The position numbers and the translations under genes are program-made. From contig JBNKTL010000004.1 of the NCBI GenBank assembly GCA_050298055.1, positions 66,223 to 130,222 on the forward strand: DNA of 64,000 bases, given 5' to 3'. The stretch is from Spirochaetota bacterium. GTDB lineage: Bacteria > Spirochaetota > UBA4802 > UBA5550. The notes beneath the pieces were generated by a model. The model searched no databases and was not told where the DNA came from. It saw only the letters and a list, made by a program, of their open reading frames with translations. The number at the start of each line of letters is the position of its first letter. Position 1 is the stretch's first letter. This document shows, in pieces, positions 29,663-41,376 of this stretch.

Positions 29663-31786
29663 GTGAATAAGTACAGGTTTATCAGTACAATTCTTTTTAT
29701 CTCTTTTTTTTCCACGGGAAGCGCATTTGCCGGTACTTCTCTCAGGATCGTTATCACGTCAAATCTCTCCGGGGCTTTCTCGCCGTCCGCTGAAAACCAG
29801 GAAAAAAATGATCCGGTCATTCTCACCGGGCAGTCGGTGATTTCGGAAAAAAAGAAGGGGGCCGATATTTATATCGACCTGGGGAACGCCTTCTATCCCG
29901 GTGTTATCGCAAAGTACAGCTTCGGGTCAGCCATGATGGACTTTTTTAAGTATACCGGCTGCGACCTGACCCTTGTCTCCTCTTCCGACCTGATGCTGGG
30001 GACCAACACCCTTGAATTTCTCCGGAAGGGGAGCAGTACCCGGCTTGTATCGGGGAACCTTTTGCAGAAAGGGAAAAATATCTTTCTCCCCTATCGCCTG
30101 GTAAAAAGGAAGAACCTCCGGATCGCGTTTATCGGCCTCTCATCCAGAAAGATCTTCGTAGACATAGCGGAGAAAAACCTCTATGAAGTTGAGCTTGGTG
30201 ATGAGCAGGATATATTGAACAGGGCGCTGGGGGATATTAAAAAAGCCGGTATTGAATACGTTGTTCTCCTGTCGGGCCTTGATGACAAAACAAATCTTGC
30301 TCTCCTGAACAGGTTTAAAGAGATCGATCTTGTCATAAGCGGCGCGGACAGGAGGAGAGGGATTTTCGATGAAAGGATCATGAGGATGGATGCGGCGGAT
30401 TCCCGTTCCCTCATAGGCGCTTACAGGGGATCGGGCTACTATCTCCTGGACCTCAATATGGACGGGAAAATTGAAGTGAAAAACTTCCGGTTCTTCAGGT
30501 CAGTCTACCATAAGACAGAGAGCAAAAGCTACCGCGAGTTCATAAGCAGGATCACCCGGTGGAAGGAACACTACCTGCAGAAAACAGGGAAAATAATTGC
30601 AGTTGCAGAGGGGAGGGTCATCAGGCTCAACGGCACTCTTGCCTCACACCTCATGAGGGACATCTTTAACACGGAGATCGCTGTTCTCATGAGGGACTCC
30701 GTAACATCATTTACAGGCGCGGATTCCGTCAGTGAGTCGAGTATCCTTGCCGCCATTAATGATATTTACCCTGTGTTTGTCTTTACCCTGAGCGGAAGCG
30801 AGGTGCTCAAAATAAAACCGTTTCTGGAGAGGATGATCACAACAGGCATTAAAGAGAAAAAGGTACAGGGGTACGATATTAGCCCGGAGAGGCTCTACAG
30901 GGTTTCCGCGACCCAGCCGGTTTTCGAGATGATGGAGAAGGAGCTCGGCAGAAAAATAGAGTATACAAACACCTGGAAAAACCTTGCCGAGATTGTGGTT
31001 TCGGACCTTAAGGGTAAGAGGGCCCTGCTCAAAAAAGATTTCGGCTACATTGACAACAGGTTCCGGATGACCGTTGATGTTCTGCTCTCAAACTTTTTCC
31101 AGAGGAGCACAATCAGGAACAGGGACAGGATTGACCCGCCCACGGGCCAGTCCGGGGAGTCTTATGAGAGATGGGGAGTTGAGGACAGGATTGACTTTAC
31201 CCTTTATAACAGGTATCACAGGTTTGTGCTTACACCCTATATCCATTATGTAAAAGAGGGAGAGGAATATATAAATAACCTCCTCCGGGGGACTTTTCTC
31301 TACAGCCTTAACTTAGGATGGCTTATTCATCCCTATCATAAACTGCAGGCTGATTCGGTTGTATCACGGGACGAGGGGAAGAGGCCCACCATTATGAGGG
31401 AGACCGTGGGAGGAAACATCGAGAGCGGTTTTATAACCGGAAAGATCGGTATCGGTTTTGAAAAACATATCCATGATGAACGTGAACCTGCCATATACGG
31501 TTTTGAGGCCCTGCTGACCGTGAAATATGATTTTCTCAAGATGTTTTCTTATTCGCTCAGCCTGGATTCTTTTGTTTCGTTCAGTTCCGCGGAGAGGATC
31601 ATGCAGGACCAGGGTTATCTCAGGGGTGAGATCGAAAACAAGCTTTCGCTAAAAGTGACAACATTGATAGATCTTTCCTTCAAACATAAGTACTATCACT
31701 ATTACCTGTTTGAAGAGGATAAGAAGTTTACCGAGTCACTCTTTGTCACTTCTCTGGACCTTAAGACAGACTTTAAGTTATTCTAA
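29663..31786 (+). CDS. Exported 5'-nucleotidase-like (degenerate metallophosphoesterase) domain fused to a putative C-terminal beta-barrel
   Basis: Fold landmarks LVSGNL, PYRLV, LRIAFIGL, VVLLSGL and IDLVISG; aromatic alternating strands and a terminal F. Confidence 0.65.
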   Translation: MNKYRFISTILFISFFSTGSAFAGTSLRIVITSNLSGAFSPSAENQEKNDPVILTGQSVISEKKKGADIYIDLGNAFYPGVIAKYSFGSAMMDFFKYTGCDLTLVSSSDLMLGTNTLEFLRKGSSTRLVSGNLLQKGKNIFLPYRLVKRKNLRIAFIGLSSRKIFVDIAEKNLYEVELGDEQDILNRALGDIKKAGIEYVVLLSGLDDKTNLALLNRFKEIDLVISGADRRRGIFDERIMRMDAADSRSLIGAYRGSGYYLLDLNMDGKIEVKNFRFFRSVYHKTESKSYREFISRITRWKEHYLQKTGKIIAVAEGRVIRLNGTLASHLMRDIFNTEIAVLMRDSVTSFTGADSVSESSILAAINDIYPVFVFTLSGSEVLKIKPFLERMITTGIKEKKVQGYDISPERLYRVSATQPVFEMMEKELGRKIEYTNTWKNLAEIVVSDLKGKRALLKKDFGYIDNRFRMTVDVLLSNFFQRSTIRNRDRIDPPTGQSGESYERWGVEDRIDFTLYNRYHRFVLTPYIHYVKEGEEYINNLLRGTFLYSLNLGWLIHPYHKLQADSVVSRDEGKRPTIMRETVGGNIESGFITGKIGIGFEKHIHDEREPAIYGFEALLTVKYDFLKMFSYSLSLDSFVSFSSAERIMQDQGYLRGEIENKLSLKVTTLIDLSFKHKYYHYYLFEEDKKFTESLFVTSLDLKTDFKLF

Positions 31787-31791
31787 AATAT

Positions 31792-33381
31792 CTATTCCAG
31801 CTTGAACTTCTCCAGGGACTTCTCCATGCCATGGGCTATTCCTGTCATGGTTGCCGAGTATTCATTGATCTTGTTAAGATCATTGAGGAACATCTTTATC
31901 TCGCTGAGGAGGGATATGATGTTTTTTGATATTTCCTTTATGTCACCGGTCTGTTCATTGCTCTTCCGGTGAAGGTCTTCAATGATCTCATTGACCGTGT
32001 TTGAGATAGAGATGATCTCCTTAATTGAAACGCCGATCTGCTGCGCCGATGTGAGGCCGTCATTCATGAGGAGGTTGCTCTTCTTTACAATCTCGGCGGC
32101 ATGTTTTGATTTCTCCTGTATCTCGTTGAGCTTTGCGGATATTTCCTTGGTAGAACTGGTTGTCAGATCGGTGAGCTTCCCGATCTCAGACGCGACCACG
32201 GCAAAACCGTGCCCGTGCTCACCGGCCCGTGCCGCCTCAATCGAGGCATTCAGAGAGAGGAGACTTGTCTGGTCGGCAATATCGTTAATGGCGCCGATAA
32301 TATGGTCGATCTCGATGCTGTCCTTTTCAAGCCGGGTTATAATGTCTCCCGCTTTTACCATCTCCCGGGATATCTCTTCGATTTTATCAACTGTTTCGGC
32401 AATTATTTCACCGCCTTCCGACGCGAGCCGGACGTTCTTAACTGAATTATCAGAGCTCTCCCGTATGGAACCGGAGCTTTCAAGGATCTCTTTTTCGATT
32501 TTCGCGATGTAGTTTTCAATATCATTTATCTGTGAAGAGTGCTTGGTAATATCTGAACTAAGTTTATTTATGGATTCGCCGATATGCACGATGGAGTTTG
32601 ACACATATCCCGCGCTCTCTCTCAATTCCGTGAAGGAGTCTTTCAGCATTCCGGTTGCGCTGTTATACCCGGTAAAGAGTCTCATGATTGTTTCGTCACT
32701 GCTTGTCTCATTGATTGAGGCAGTGAGGTCACCGGAGGCCACAGTTTCAATTGAATTGAGAATACGGTCCACATTGAGGTCCAGGTCCCTGCTGTAAATT
32801 TCCCTCTTCTCCTTCTCTTTATTGAGGACTTTCATGTAGTAGTAGATGGCAATGAAGGTAACCATGGATACGGCGATAATATTCATGCCGAAGAAGAATG
32901 TTGTGGCTCCGTGTGATACCCGGTCCAGTGCCAGTGAACTGAAATAGCTGTCAGAGACAAGTGAAACGATGACTAATGTTAAATAAGTAAATATCCAGAA
33001 GATGGAGCCCCTGGCGCTTTGAAGAATTATTGAACCGAATGGCGCCATGAGAGACCAGAGCATGACCGAACCGCTCTTATAAAACCCTCCCAGTACCCAC
33101 TGGAGCAGCACCGGTATTATCAGTATCATGGTAAGCTGGACAATGAGAAGGACCCTGTAGGTCTTGAAGAAATAGTAGAAGAGAAGCGCAAGGCCCACAA
33201 CAGCCGAAAATATCCAGGGAAGGTACATGGCCGTATAAAGGCCGAAGTAAACATAGATACCGCCCCATCCAAGTCCTGCCAGAGTACAGGCACTGCTTAT
33301 TATCAGAAGAGCCGTGACCTTCCCGGAATCAACCTGCTTTTCTTTTTCCGTCATTACATCAATATGTACATGTTCATCCAT
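31792..33381 (-). CDS. Methyl-accepting chemotaxis protein with about 6 N-terminal TM helices
   Basis: [33 protein letters not shown] signalling hairpin. Confidence 0.93.
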   Translation of the reverse strand: MDEHVHIDVMTEKEKQVDSGKVTALLIISSACTLAGLGWGGIYVYFGLYTAMYLPWIFSAVVGLALLFYYFFKTYRVLLIVQLTMILIIPVLLQWVLGGFYKSGSVMLWSLMAPFGSIILQSARGSIFWIFTYLTLVIVSLVSDSYFSSLALDRVSHGATTFFFGMNIIAVSMVTFIAIYYYMKVLNKEKEKREIYSRDLDLNVDRILNSIETVASGDLTASINETSSDETIMRLFTGYNSATGMLKDSFTELRESAGYVSNSIVHIGESINKLSSDITKHSSQINDIENYIAKIEKEILESSGSIRESSDNSVKNVRLASEGGEIIAETVDKIEEISREMVKAGDIITRLEKDSIEIDHIIGAINDIADQTSLLSLNASIEAARAGEHGHGFAVVASEIGKLTDLTTSSTKEISAKLNEIQEKSKHAAEIVKKSNLLMNDGLTSAQQIGVSIKEIISISNTVNEIIEDLHRKSNEQTGDIKEISKNIISLLSEIKMFLNDLNKINEYSATMTGIAHGMEKSLEKFKLE

Positions 33382-33666
33382 GACTACCCGGTTGTTTGAT
33401 TAATATTATCCATGACTCCCCGTTGCTTGCTGTGACAGGGAGATGGCAGCTTTATTTATTTTTCTCTATTTTTTGAAAAAACGTCTTTTTATACAGGTAC
33501 AATTTACATAAAAAATTTTTTTATTTTTTTCCCATTACTGGTTCTTTGTGATCATTCTCTCTAAAATAATTTGATCGTTTTATCCAGATAATTTAATCAT
33601 TTATATTTTGTATACGAATTTTTTATATATTTAATAAATTCCCCGGGAGGGGGAGACCTGTCTTTT

Positions 33667-35526
33667 TTATGGCAGGTTATCTTCGAGAAGTCTCAATTCA
33701 TCGTTGAATTTGCTGTTAAGGTTTTCCTGCAGGTCGGTAAGTTCTTCCAGTTCAGTGTAGAGCCGGTTGATGGTGTTTCCTGTTTCATGTATCTTCTTTG
33801 AGAGTTCACTTATCTTTTTCCCGTCCCCTGATGAAGAAAGTTCTATCATCCTGTTGTTGAGGCTGTCCAGCGTTGTTTCGTTCTTTTCAATGTCATATTC
33901 AACTTTTGCGATCTTTTCTTCAACGGGCTTGAGTTCCCCGGACTTCCTGCTGAGGACATGGGCCCTCTGCTTTCTCAGGTCCTTTTTGCTGATGTTCCCT
34001 CTTCTCTCATCAACCGGTTCCGGTTGACCGGATGGTTTCAGTTTTTCACTCTCCCATCCCACCCTGTTCAGAAAGTCGCTATATGCCCCTTCGAAAAGTA
34101 TTGTCTCTTCGTCCCGGAACACGATAAACCTCTCCGCAAGGGAGTTGAGAAACATCTCGTTATGCGTTACAATGATGACGGCACCGGGAAAGTCATCTAT
34201 GGCGGCAAGGAAAGCGTCGCATGATTCCATGTCCAGGTGGTTTGTGGGCTCGTCCAGGAGCAGGAGATTTGACGGAGATGCAAGGAGCTTGCCCAGGAGG
34301 ACCCTGCATTTTTCCCCTCCTGAAAGTACCGAGATCTTCTTCAGCGCATCATCGCCCTCAAACATCATGGCCCCCGCGATATTTCGTGCCTGCTGCCTGG
34401 GGGCCCCGGTCTGCATTATCTCCTCTTCGATTGTCAGTGAATGGTTCAGTTTTTCCGTATTGGTCTGCGCGTAGTATCCCATGGATGTGTTGGAGTGTGT
34501 GTGGATGTTCCCTTTCAGGGGTGAGAGCTCTCCGGCAAGGAGCCTCAGCAGCGTGGTCTTCCCCCTGCCGTTTTTCCCGATTACGCATATCCTGTCATGC
34601 TTTCCCACGGTTATGTTCAGGTCTTTTATGAGAGGGGGAGTGTCCTTCTCATATGAAAAGGTGATTTCCCCGCCACTCATTACGGTTCTGGCATTGAAGT
34701 CCCTGTAGGCGAAGGAGAACTCCAGGTTCTTGATGCTTTCAAGCTTTTCCAGGTGCTCCTTTTTCTCAAGGGCTTTTATCCGTGACTGAACGAGGCCGGC
34801 AAGACGTGCCTTGGCCCTGAACCTGTTTATGAAAATCTCCGCCTCCTTTCTTTTCTTCTCATCGTTGAGCCGGGTTTTCTCATGTATCTCCTCTTCCCTG
34901 GCAAGCTGCTCGTAGAGCTTTTCCGTGGTACCGGTTATTTTTCTTATCTTCTTTCTGTGTATACCCAGGATATGGGTCACCACAGAGTCCATGAATCCCC
35001 TGTCGTGGGTGATCAGTATCATCTCCCTCTCCCACTTTTTCAGGAAGTTCTTGAGCCACCTTATTGAGAGGATATCCAGAAAGTTTGTTGGCTCGTCCAG
35101 GAGGAGCATATCCGGCTCTGACCCCAGGACCTTTCCCAGGTTGAGCCTTATCTGGTATCCCCCGGAGAGTTCATGGGGGTCCCTTTCCAGGTCTTCCGAG
35201 GTGAATCCCAGCCCAAAGAGGATCTTCTCTATCCGCCAGGAGTCGTCTTTCTGCCACTCCGGGAGTTCCCGGCATCCCTCTTCAAGGACTGTCTTCCCGG
35301 AAAACCGGATCTCCTGTTTCAGATAGCCTATCCTGTAATCCCCGGGGATAACGATCTCGCCGGAATCGGGATGGTCGCTGCCGGTTATTATTCTAAAAAG
35401 GGTCGACTTCCCGTGGCCGTTTCTCCCGGTGAGGCCGATTTTTTCTCCCCTGTTTATCTGGAAACCGGTGTCATCAAAAAGTCCCTGATTTCCGAATGAT
35501 TTTGAAAGGTTTATTGCTTTGATCAT
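33667..35526 (-). CDS. ABC-F family ATPase (ribosome-associated)
   Basis: Two ABC domains (GRNGHGKST/LSGG/LLDEPTN; GKNGRGKTT/LSGGE/LLDEPTN), no TM segments, C-terminal coiled coil. Start set at the ATG at 35526. Confidence 0.92.
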   Translation of the reverse strand: MIKAINLSKSFGNQGLFDDTGFQINRGEKIGLTGRNGHGKSTLFRIITGSDHPDSGEIVIPGDYRIGYLKQEIRFSGKTVLEEGCRELPEWQKDDSWRIEKILFGLGFTSEDLERDPHELSGGYQIRLNLGKVLGSEPDMLLLDEPTNFLDILSIRWLKNFLKKWEREMILITHDRGFMDSVVTHILGIHRKKIRKITGTTEKLYEQLAREEEIHEKTRLNDEKKRKEAEIFINRFRAKARLAGLVQSRIKALEKKEHLEKLESIKNLEFSFAYRDFNARTVMSGGEITFSYEKDTPPLIKDLNITVGKHDRICVIGKNGRGKTTLLRLLAGELSPLKGNIHTHSNTSMGYYAQTNTEKLNHSLTIEEEIMQTGAPRQQARNIAGAMMFEGDDALKKISVLSGGEKCRVLLGKLLASPSNLLLLDEPTNHLDMESCDAFLAAIDDFPGAVIIVTHNEMFLNSLAERFIVFRDEETILFEGAYSDFLNRVGWESEKLKPSGQPEPVDERRGNISKKDLRKQRAHVLSRKSGELKPVEEKIAKVEYDIEKNETTLDSLNNRMIELSSSGDGKKISELSKKIHETGNTINRLYTELEELTDLQENLNSKFNDELRLLEDNLP

Positions 35527-35827
35527 TTTCTTTTGGTAGCTATTTAACTCTCTGACTATAATTAATGTCAATTAATGCCGGCAGGTTTTTTTTTCAATGA
35601 ATAAATGATTTTTCACGGGTTATCACCCACAAGGGGATTTTTGTCCGGGGGACCCGGACCTGGAAGAGTGTAAAGGGGCATCAACGCTCCTCGAAGGCGG
35701 GGTGAGGCATCTCATTATGGTAAAAATTTATTCCCCGAAAAAACAGAAAGTCCTTTTCTCTTTTATAAAAAAATATTAAAGTGCATCCTGTAGCTTCTTA
35801 AGAATAAAGAGTTTAGCAAAGGAAACA

Positions 35828-36325
35828 ATGATCAGTCCCTGCGAAGAGAAAGACTTTTATGAAATCCATGCCATTATTAATAATGCAGCCTCCGCATATA
35901 AAGGAGTAATCCCCGAAGACATGTGGAAGGACCCTTACATGTCCGAGGAGGAACTGCGCCGGGAGATCCGGAGCGGGGTGGAGTTCTGGGGATACTCTGA
36001 GGGTGATTGGCTCATGGGAGTCATGGGGATACAGGACGTTAAGGATGTGACCCTCATCAGGCACGCCTATGTGAGGACCGAACGGAGGCGGAAGGGGATC
36101 GGCGGCAGGCTCCTGGGGGAGCTTCTGAAAAAGACAGAGAAGCCCGTACTCATAGGGACCTGGGCGGACGCGGTCTGGGCCATTGACTTCTATAAGAAGT
36201 TCGGGTTCAGGAAGGTGAGTGACAGGGAGAAGGACATCCTCCTCAGAAGGTACTGGCCCATCCCCGAAAGGCAGGTTGAGACCTCGGTGGTGCTGGCAGA
36301 TGAGAGGCTGGGAGAGGTGGTGTGA
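35828..36325 (+). CDS. GNAT family N-acetyltransferase
   Basis: AYVRTERRRKGIGGRLL motif A and AIDFYKKFGF. Confidence 0.9.
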   Translation: MISPCEEKDFYEIHAIINNAASAYKGVIPEDMWKDPYMSEEELRREIRSGVEFWGYSEGDWLMGVMGIQDVKDVTLIRHAYVRTERRRKGIGGRLLGELLKKTEKPVLIGTWADAVWAIDFYKKFGFRKVSDREKDILLRRYWPIPERQVETSVVLADERLGEVV

Positions 36326-36337
36326 TCATTTTCCGCT

Positions 36338-36994
36338 TCAGATCTTTCCCTCCATTTCGTCTTTCAGCCTGCTGAAAAAGGTCTCCATGAACCTGTGCCT
36401 TTCCTCAGCCAGTTTTTTCCCGTGGTCCGTAAGCATCTTGTCTTTAATATGTCTCAGCTTGAACATATACTCCCTGTATGCCGAGTCTTCCCGGCTGTAA
36501 GCCTCGGTCGCGTGGATGTTTTCTGTGCTGTTGTGGAGCCGCGCACCGATCTCCCCGGAAAAGAGGAAGGCCCTGCCGATACCTGTTGCGCCGATTGAGT
36601 CGAGCTTGTCGGCATCGTAGAGTATCCGGGCTTCAATTGTTTCCGGCGGGTGGCTGTTCCTGTACCGGTGCGTGAGGATGCAGTGGGATATTTTTTCGAT
36701 CCTTTCCCGGTGGAGGCCGATCCCTTCCAGGAACTCTGCGGCTATCCTGCTTCCCAGCTCCGCGTGACAGAGCCTGCCGTTTTCCGTGTTTTCATCTTCC
36801 CGGGCCACATCGTGGAGGATGGCGGCCACCTTTACGATAAACCTGTCGGCACCCCCTTCTGTCTCCGCGATGATATCAGCCGTCTTTATGACCCGCTCAA
36901 CATGGTCCCAGCCGTGGCTGGAGTGATACTTCTTCATCCTGTTCCTGGCAAAGTCTTCCGACTGCCGGATAATTTCGGCTTCCGTGGCGGCCAT
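36338..36994 (-). CDS. HD-domain phosphohydrolase
   Basis: HGWDHVERV, AAILHDV and YDADKLDSIGATGIGR; overlaps the lepA stop. Confidence 0.9.
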   Translation of the reverse strand: MAATEAEIIRQSEDFARNRMKKYHSSHGWDHVERVIKTADIIAETEGGADRFIVKVAAILHDVAREDENTENGRLCHAELGSRIAAEFLEGIGLHRERIEKISHCILTHRYRNSHPPETIEARILYDADKLDSIGATGIGRAFLFSGEIGARLHNSTENIHATEAYSREDSAYREYMFKLRHIKDKMLTDHGKKLAEERHRFMETFFSRLKDEMEGKI

Positions 36995-38790
36995 CAGTCG
37001 ATCTTCAATATACTTAAGAATGCTTCCTGGGGCAGTTCCACGGAACCCACCATCTTCATCCGCTTCTTTCCCTCTTTCTGCTTTTCTAAAAGTTTCCTTT
37101 TCCGGGTGATGTCACCGCCGTAGCACTTGGCCGTAACATCCTTTCTCATGGCCGAGATGTTCTCCCGGGCGATGATCTTGGCGCCGATTGCCGCCTGGAG
37201 GGGGATCTTGAACTGGTGGCGGGGTATAATGTCCTTGAGTTTTTTGATGATGTCCTTGCCCCGCTGGTACGCCTTCTCATCGTGTACGATAAAGGAGAGG
37301 GCGTCCACCGGTTCGCCGTTGACCAGGATATCCACCTTGACCATCTTCCCCGGCCTGAAGTCCTTGATCTCGTAGTCGAAGGAGGCGTAGCCCCGTGTCA
37401 TGGACTTGAGCTTATCATAGAAGTTGAAGACGATCTCGGCAAGGGGTATCTCGTAGGTGAGCTGAACCCTCCGGGTGTCAATATACTCCATGTTGAGATG
37501 GATCCCCCTGCTCTCCGTGACAACCTGCATGATGTTCCCGATATAATCACTGGGAGTGACAATGGCGGCTGTCACATAGGGTTCCTCGATCCTCTCGATC
37601 GTCCCGGGATCGGGCATGTTCACCGGGTTGTCGATGACAAGGGTTTCCCCGTTGAGCTTTATCACATGATATTCAACGCTGGGGGATGTGGTGACAAGGG
37701 AGAGGTCGAATTCCCGTTCAAGCCTCTCCTGGACAATCTCCATGTGGAGAAGGCCAAGATATCCGCACCTGAACCCGAACCCCAGGGCGTATGAGTTCTC
37801 CGGTTCAAAGAGGAGGGAGGCATCGTTTAACCGGAGTTTGTAGAGGGCCTCTTTCAGGTCTTCGTAATCATCGCTGTACATGGGGTAGAGCCCGGAAAAA
37901 ACCATTGACTTGGCTTCCTTGAATCCCTTCAGGGGTTCAGGAGTGGGACGGGAGGCAAGGGTGACCGTGTCGCCGATCTTTGTGTCAACAACCGATTTTA
38001 TTCCCGCTACAATGTAGCCCACGTCTCCCGGTTCAAGAGACTCCCTCTTTTCAAGATCTATCCGGAACACTCCCACGTCCGTAACGGTGAACTCCTTCCC
38101 CGTTGACATCATCTTTATGACGTCATTTTTTTTCACGCAGCCGTCAAAGATCCTGACCTTGATAATAGCGCCAAGGTACTGGTCGAAAAACGAGTCAAAG
38201 ATAAGGGCCTTCAGGGGGCCCTCTTTGCTGCCCCGGGGCGGAGGGATAATTTCGATTATCTTTTCAAGAAGTTCATCAACCCCGGTCCCCAGTTTTGCCG
38301 AGGTATGTACGGCGATTTCCGGGTCCAGTCCCAGGCTTTTATCGATGCTCTCCTCTGTCATTTTAATATCGGCGCTGGGCATATCTATTTTGTTTATCAC
38401 GGGGAGGATTTCCAGGTCATTGTCAAGGGCGAGATAGAAGTTGGCAATAGTCTGGGCCTCAACACCCTGGGAGGCATCAACAAGGAGGAGTACCCCGTCA
38501 CAGGACGTCAGGGCCCGGGAGACCTCGTATGTAAAATCCACATGTCCCGGTGTGTCGATGAGGTTGAAGATATAATCCTCACCGCTTTTTGATTTATAGT
38601 TCAGTGTAATGGCATTTGATTTGATGGTTATCCCTCTTTCCCTCTCAAGGTCCATTGTGTCGAGGATCTGGTCCTTCTGTTCACGGGAAGTGAGGAGACT
38701 GCATTTTTCTATGATCCTGTCGGCAAGGGTGGATTTTCCGTGGTCGATATGGGCAATTATGGAAAAGTTTCTTATATGGTCTAGGTCCAT
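36994..38790 (-). CDS. lepA: Translation elongation factor 4
   Basis: [34 protein letters not shown] and [25 protein letters not shown]. Confidence 0.98.
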   Translation of the reverse strand: MDLDHIRNFSIIAHIDHGKSTLADRIIEKCSLLTSREQKDQILDTMDLERERGITIKSNAITLNYKSKSGEDYIFNLIDTPGHVDFTYEVSRALTSCDGVLLLVDASQGVEAQTIANFYLALDNDLEILPVINKIDMPSADIKMTEESIDKSLGLDPEIAVHTSAKLGTGVDELLEKIIEIIPPPRGSKEGPLKALIFDSFFDQYLGAIIKVRIFDGCVKKNDVIKMMSTGKEFTVTDVGVFRIDLEKRESLEPGDVGYIVAGIKSVVDTKIGDTVTLASRPTPEPLKGFKEAKSMVFSGLYPMYSDDYEDLKEALYKLRLNDASLLFEPENSYALGFGFRCGYLGLLHMEIVQERLEREFDLSLVTTSPSVEYHVIKLNGETLVIDNPVNMPDPGTIERIEEPYVTAAIVTPSDYIGNIMQVVTESRGIHLNMEYIDTRRVQLTYEIPLAEIVFNFYDKLKSMTRGYASFDYEIKDFRPGKMVKVDILVNGEPVDALSFIVHDEKAYQRGKDIIKKLKDIIPRHQFKIPLQAAIGAKIIARENISAMRKDVTAKCYGGDITRKRKLLEKQKEGKKRMKMVGSVELPQEAFLSILKID

Positions 38791-38830
38791 CTCCGGTCCC
38801 GGTCCTCTTTGTTTAAGTTTCTTAACATTT

Positions 38831-38925
38831 GTAATTACTCAGTTGAGTGATGACAATTTACGTATTATTATAAATAATACTATTTCCCCGTAAACATGAT
38901 TCTTATACTAAGATTGAGTCGTTAC
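38831..38925. repeat. Degenerate copy of the GTAACTACTCAG-ended element
   Basis: GTAATTACTCAGTT ... GATTGAGTCGTTAC. Confidence 0.5.
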
Positions 38926-39067
38926 TATTTTGAATCAGGGAATAATCCGGCATTGTATTAGGCAAGTACTTTTTATGAGGTGTAATAAAATCAGTAACAA
39001 TTCAATAACCTGAATCATTTCTTAAATCTTTGTTAAGATTTGTGGAAATAATACAGCTAAAATCGAT

Positions 39068-40462
39068 TTATGTAAGCTTCCGTGCCACAATAATCGTAAG
39101 GTCGTCATTCAGCAGGTCCCTGTCAATAAATGAGTAAAAATTTTTCAGTATATGGTCCAGTATTTCATGGGACGTTTCGCCTTTCGCGCTGTTCAATGAA
39201 TTAATCAGGCGGTTCAGGCCGTAGAATTCATTCTGACTGTTCATGCTCTCGATTAAACAATCTGAATATGCAAAGAGAATGTCGTCTTTTTCAATATCAA
39301 AACTTACCGTGCTGTAGTATATTCCCTTGTTAAAGATTCCCAGGGGTTTTCCTTTTACCGATTCCTCGTCTATAGCCAGAATTTTAACACTGTCGCTGCC
39401 CTGCTTTTTATACAGAAGATCGGGATGCCCGGCGTTGGCGTATTCTACCCTGTTGCCATTCAACCTGAGGATCAGGCCGGTAATATAATTGTCGAGATCT
39501 CCAATCTCATCAAACATCATATCATTGATCCTGCTTAATGCCGCACCCAGCTGAATGCTGTTCATTCTCCTGAAGATCCTGTAAATCATGGGTTTGGCAA
39601 ACATGGTAATAAGCCCCGAGGATACACCGTGGCCCGAGACGTCAAAGAGTGACAGCCCGCTGAGCTTTTCTCCGTTATAGTAAAAGTCGTAAAAATCACC
39701 GGAAAGACCCATAAGGGGTTTGAATGTCAATGCAATGTCCCATCCGGAGGAGTCTTTGGGGATGCCGGGGAATATTGAAGACTGGACATTTGAAGCAAGC
39801 TCCATGTCTACTACGGCAGATTCATGAAATGCTTCGAGTTTTGAATTGACCTGTAAAAGGTCCCGGTTCATCTTTTCAAGGGTTTTCTTTGCCGATTTTA
39901 CCGTCTCCTGTTTCTGGGTTGCTTTTTGAGAAATAAAGATAATTGCAAGAAAGGAGGGGAAAAAACACGCAATAAAGAAAAATTCGTTCTTTAAAAATCC
40001 TGACTGCCTCCCGTAAACAATGGCATAATATGAAACAGAAGCCTGTATCAAGGATGCTCCAAGAGACAATACTGCTGTCTGCCAGAGCATGGAAAATGAA
40101 AGGACAAATGTCAGGGCCACCAGCGCAAAGATGAGACCCAGTATTCTGATTTCATGAAGGCTGTATATCCAGAAAGTATACATGATAAAAAAAAGCCCCA
40201 GCTGGAGAAAATAGATGAGCCTGATAAACCTTTCTGTGATCTGGGACTTCAGGTGAGCCATGAAAATAAAAATTATTGTGCCTGAGATGACCACTATGTA
40301 GAGATAAATGATTTGTCTGTAGCTTATGCTTGTAAGATTAAGGATTTTCGCTGAGAGAGTGGCGATCAGTGAGATTATATAACCGGTTAAAACAGAAAAA
40401 CAGATGATAAATAACCTGTTTTTTCTCTTCCTGTTGACTTCCGGTGTTAATTTTTTTTCCAT
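39068..40462 (-). CDS. Membrane-bound PP2C/SpoIIE-family phosphatase
   Basis: Multi-TM N-terminus; LSGDFYD, DVSGHG, NAGHP, YSD and DDLTII. Confidence 0.9.
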   Translation of the reverse strand: MEKKLTPEVNRKRKNRLFIICFSVLTGYIISLIATLSAKILNLTSISYRQIIYLYIVVISGTIIFIFMAHLKSQITERFIRLIYFLQLGLFFIMYTFWIYSLHEIRILGLIFALVALTFVLSFSMLWQTAVLSLGASLIQASVSYYAIVYGRQSGFLKNEFFFIACFFPSFLAIIFISQKATQKQETVKSAKKTLEKMNRDLLQVNSKLEAFHESAVVDMELASNVQSSIFPGIPKDSSGWDIALTFKPLMGLSGDFYDFYYNGEKLSGLSLFDVSGHGVSSGLITMFAKPMIYRIFRRMNSIQLGAALSRINDMMFDEIGDLDNYITGLILRLNGNRVEYANAGHPDLLYKKQGSDSVKILAIDEESVKGKPLGIFNKGIYYSTVSFDIEKDDILFAYSDCLIESMNSQNEFYGLNRLINSLNSAKGETSHEILDHILKNFYSFIDRDLLNDDLTIIVARKLT

Positions 40463-40614
40463 TTAACTCTCTTTGAGAAGTAAAGGAGCAATGTGCAGAG
40501 GTTTCCTTTTCTCTTTAATGTTGTTTAAGTATACAGCAAATTAGTTATTTATGCAATTTATTTTTATGGGAACCTCTATAAATTAATTTTAGTATTTATA
40601 ATGAATGCTCCCTC

Positions 40615-41376
40615 TCAAACCGGTTTTTTGAGTATTTCATGGATAATGATTCCCGCAGCCACGGACGCGTTAAGTGAGGATATCTTTCCGGGGAGTTTAA
40701 CGGAGACGATCATATCACACTCCTCTTTTACTATCCGTCTCATGCCCTTTTCTTCGCTTCCGATGACTATGATGAGGGGCCTGTATCCGGCTGCTCCTGA
40801 GGGGGGGGTGTCCCCGTCCCCCGATGTTCCTGCCAGCCAGAACCCGGCTTCCTTTGCCCTGCTGAGAAAACCTGTTGTGTTGTTTACCGTAAGAACAGGG
40901 ATGTACGCGGTAGCGCCTGCTGAGGATTTAACCACGGTGGGAGTAATGCCGGGTGAGTGGGATTTTGTTATCATGATCCCGTCGCAGCCCAGGGCCTCGG
41001 CGCTCCTTATGATGGACCCCACGTTGTGAGGGTCCGTGAGCTGATCGAGGAACACGAGAACGCCTTTGTTATCAGCCGTTTTCCTGAGAAGTGTATCAAT
41101 ATCTTCCTTCCCTTCATCTCCGCCGGTACCACCGGTTTTTCCCGTACCTGCCAGGGCGACTCCCTGGTGGACCGATGAACTCCCGATTTCAGAAAAAAAT
41201 TTCTTCTCAGGGTAGCTTATCTTTATTCCCCTGTTCTTTGCTTCGCTGACTATTGTCCGGATAATTTTTCCGTGGGCATTCCTGTTTATAAAGAGCTCCA
41301 GGTTTTTCCCGGATACCGCGCTCCTGATGTATTCAAGAACGGGGTTCCGCCCGTAGATTATTTCTTTTTTATCCAC
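40615..41376 (-). CDS. rlmB: 23S rRNA Gm2251 2'-O-methyltransferase (TrmH/SpoU family)
   Basis: IYGRNPV, HQGV, DPHNVGSIIRSA, GSEEKG and SLNASVA; lies downstream of cysS. Confidence 0.9.
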   Translation of the reverse strand: MDKKEIIYGRNPVLEYIRSAVSGKNLELFINRNAHGKIIRTIVSEAKNRGIKISYPEKKFFSEIGSSSVHQGVALAGTGKTGGTGGDEGKEDIDTLLRKTADNKGVLVFLDQLTDPHNVGSIIRSAEALGCDGIMITKSHSPGITPTVVKSSAGATAYIPVLTVNNTTGFLSRAKEAGFWLAGTSGDGDTPPSGAAGYRPLIIVIGSEEKGMRRIVKEECDMIVSVKLPGKISSLNASVAAGIIIHEILKKPV

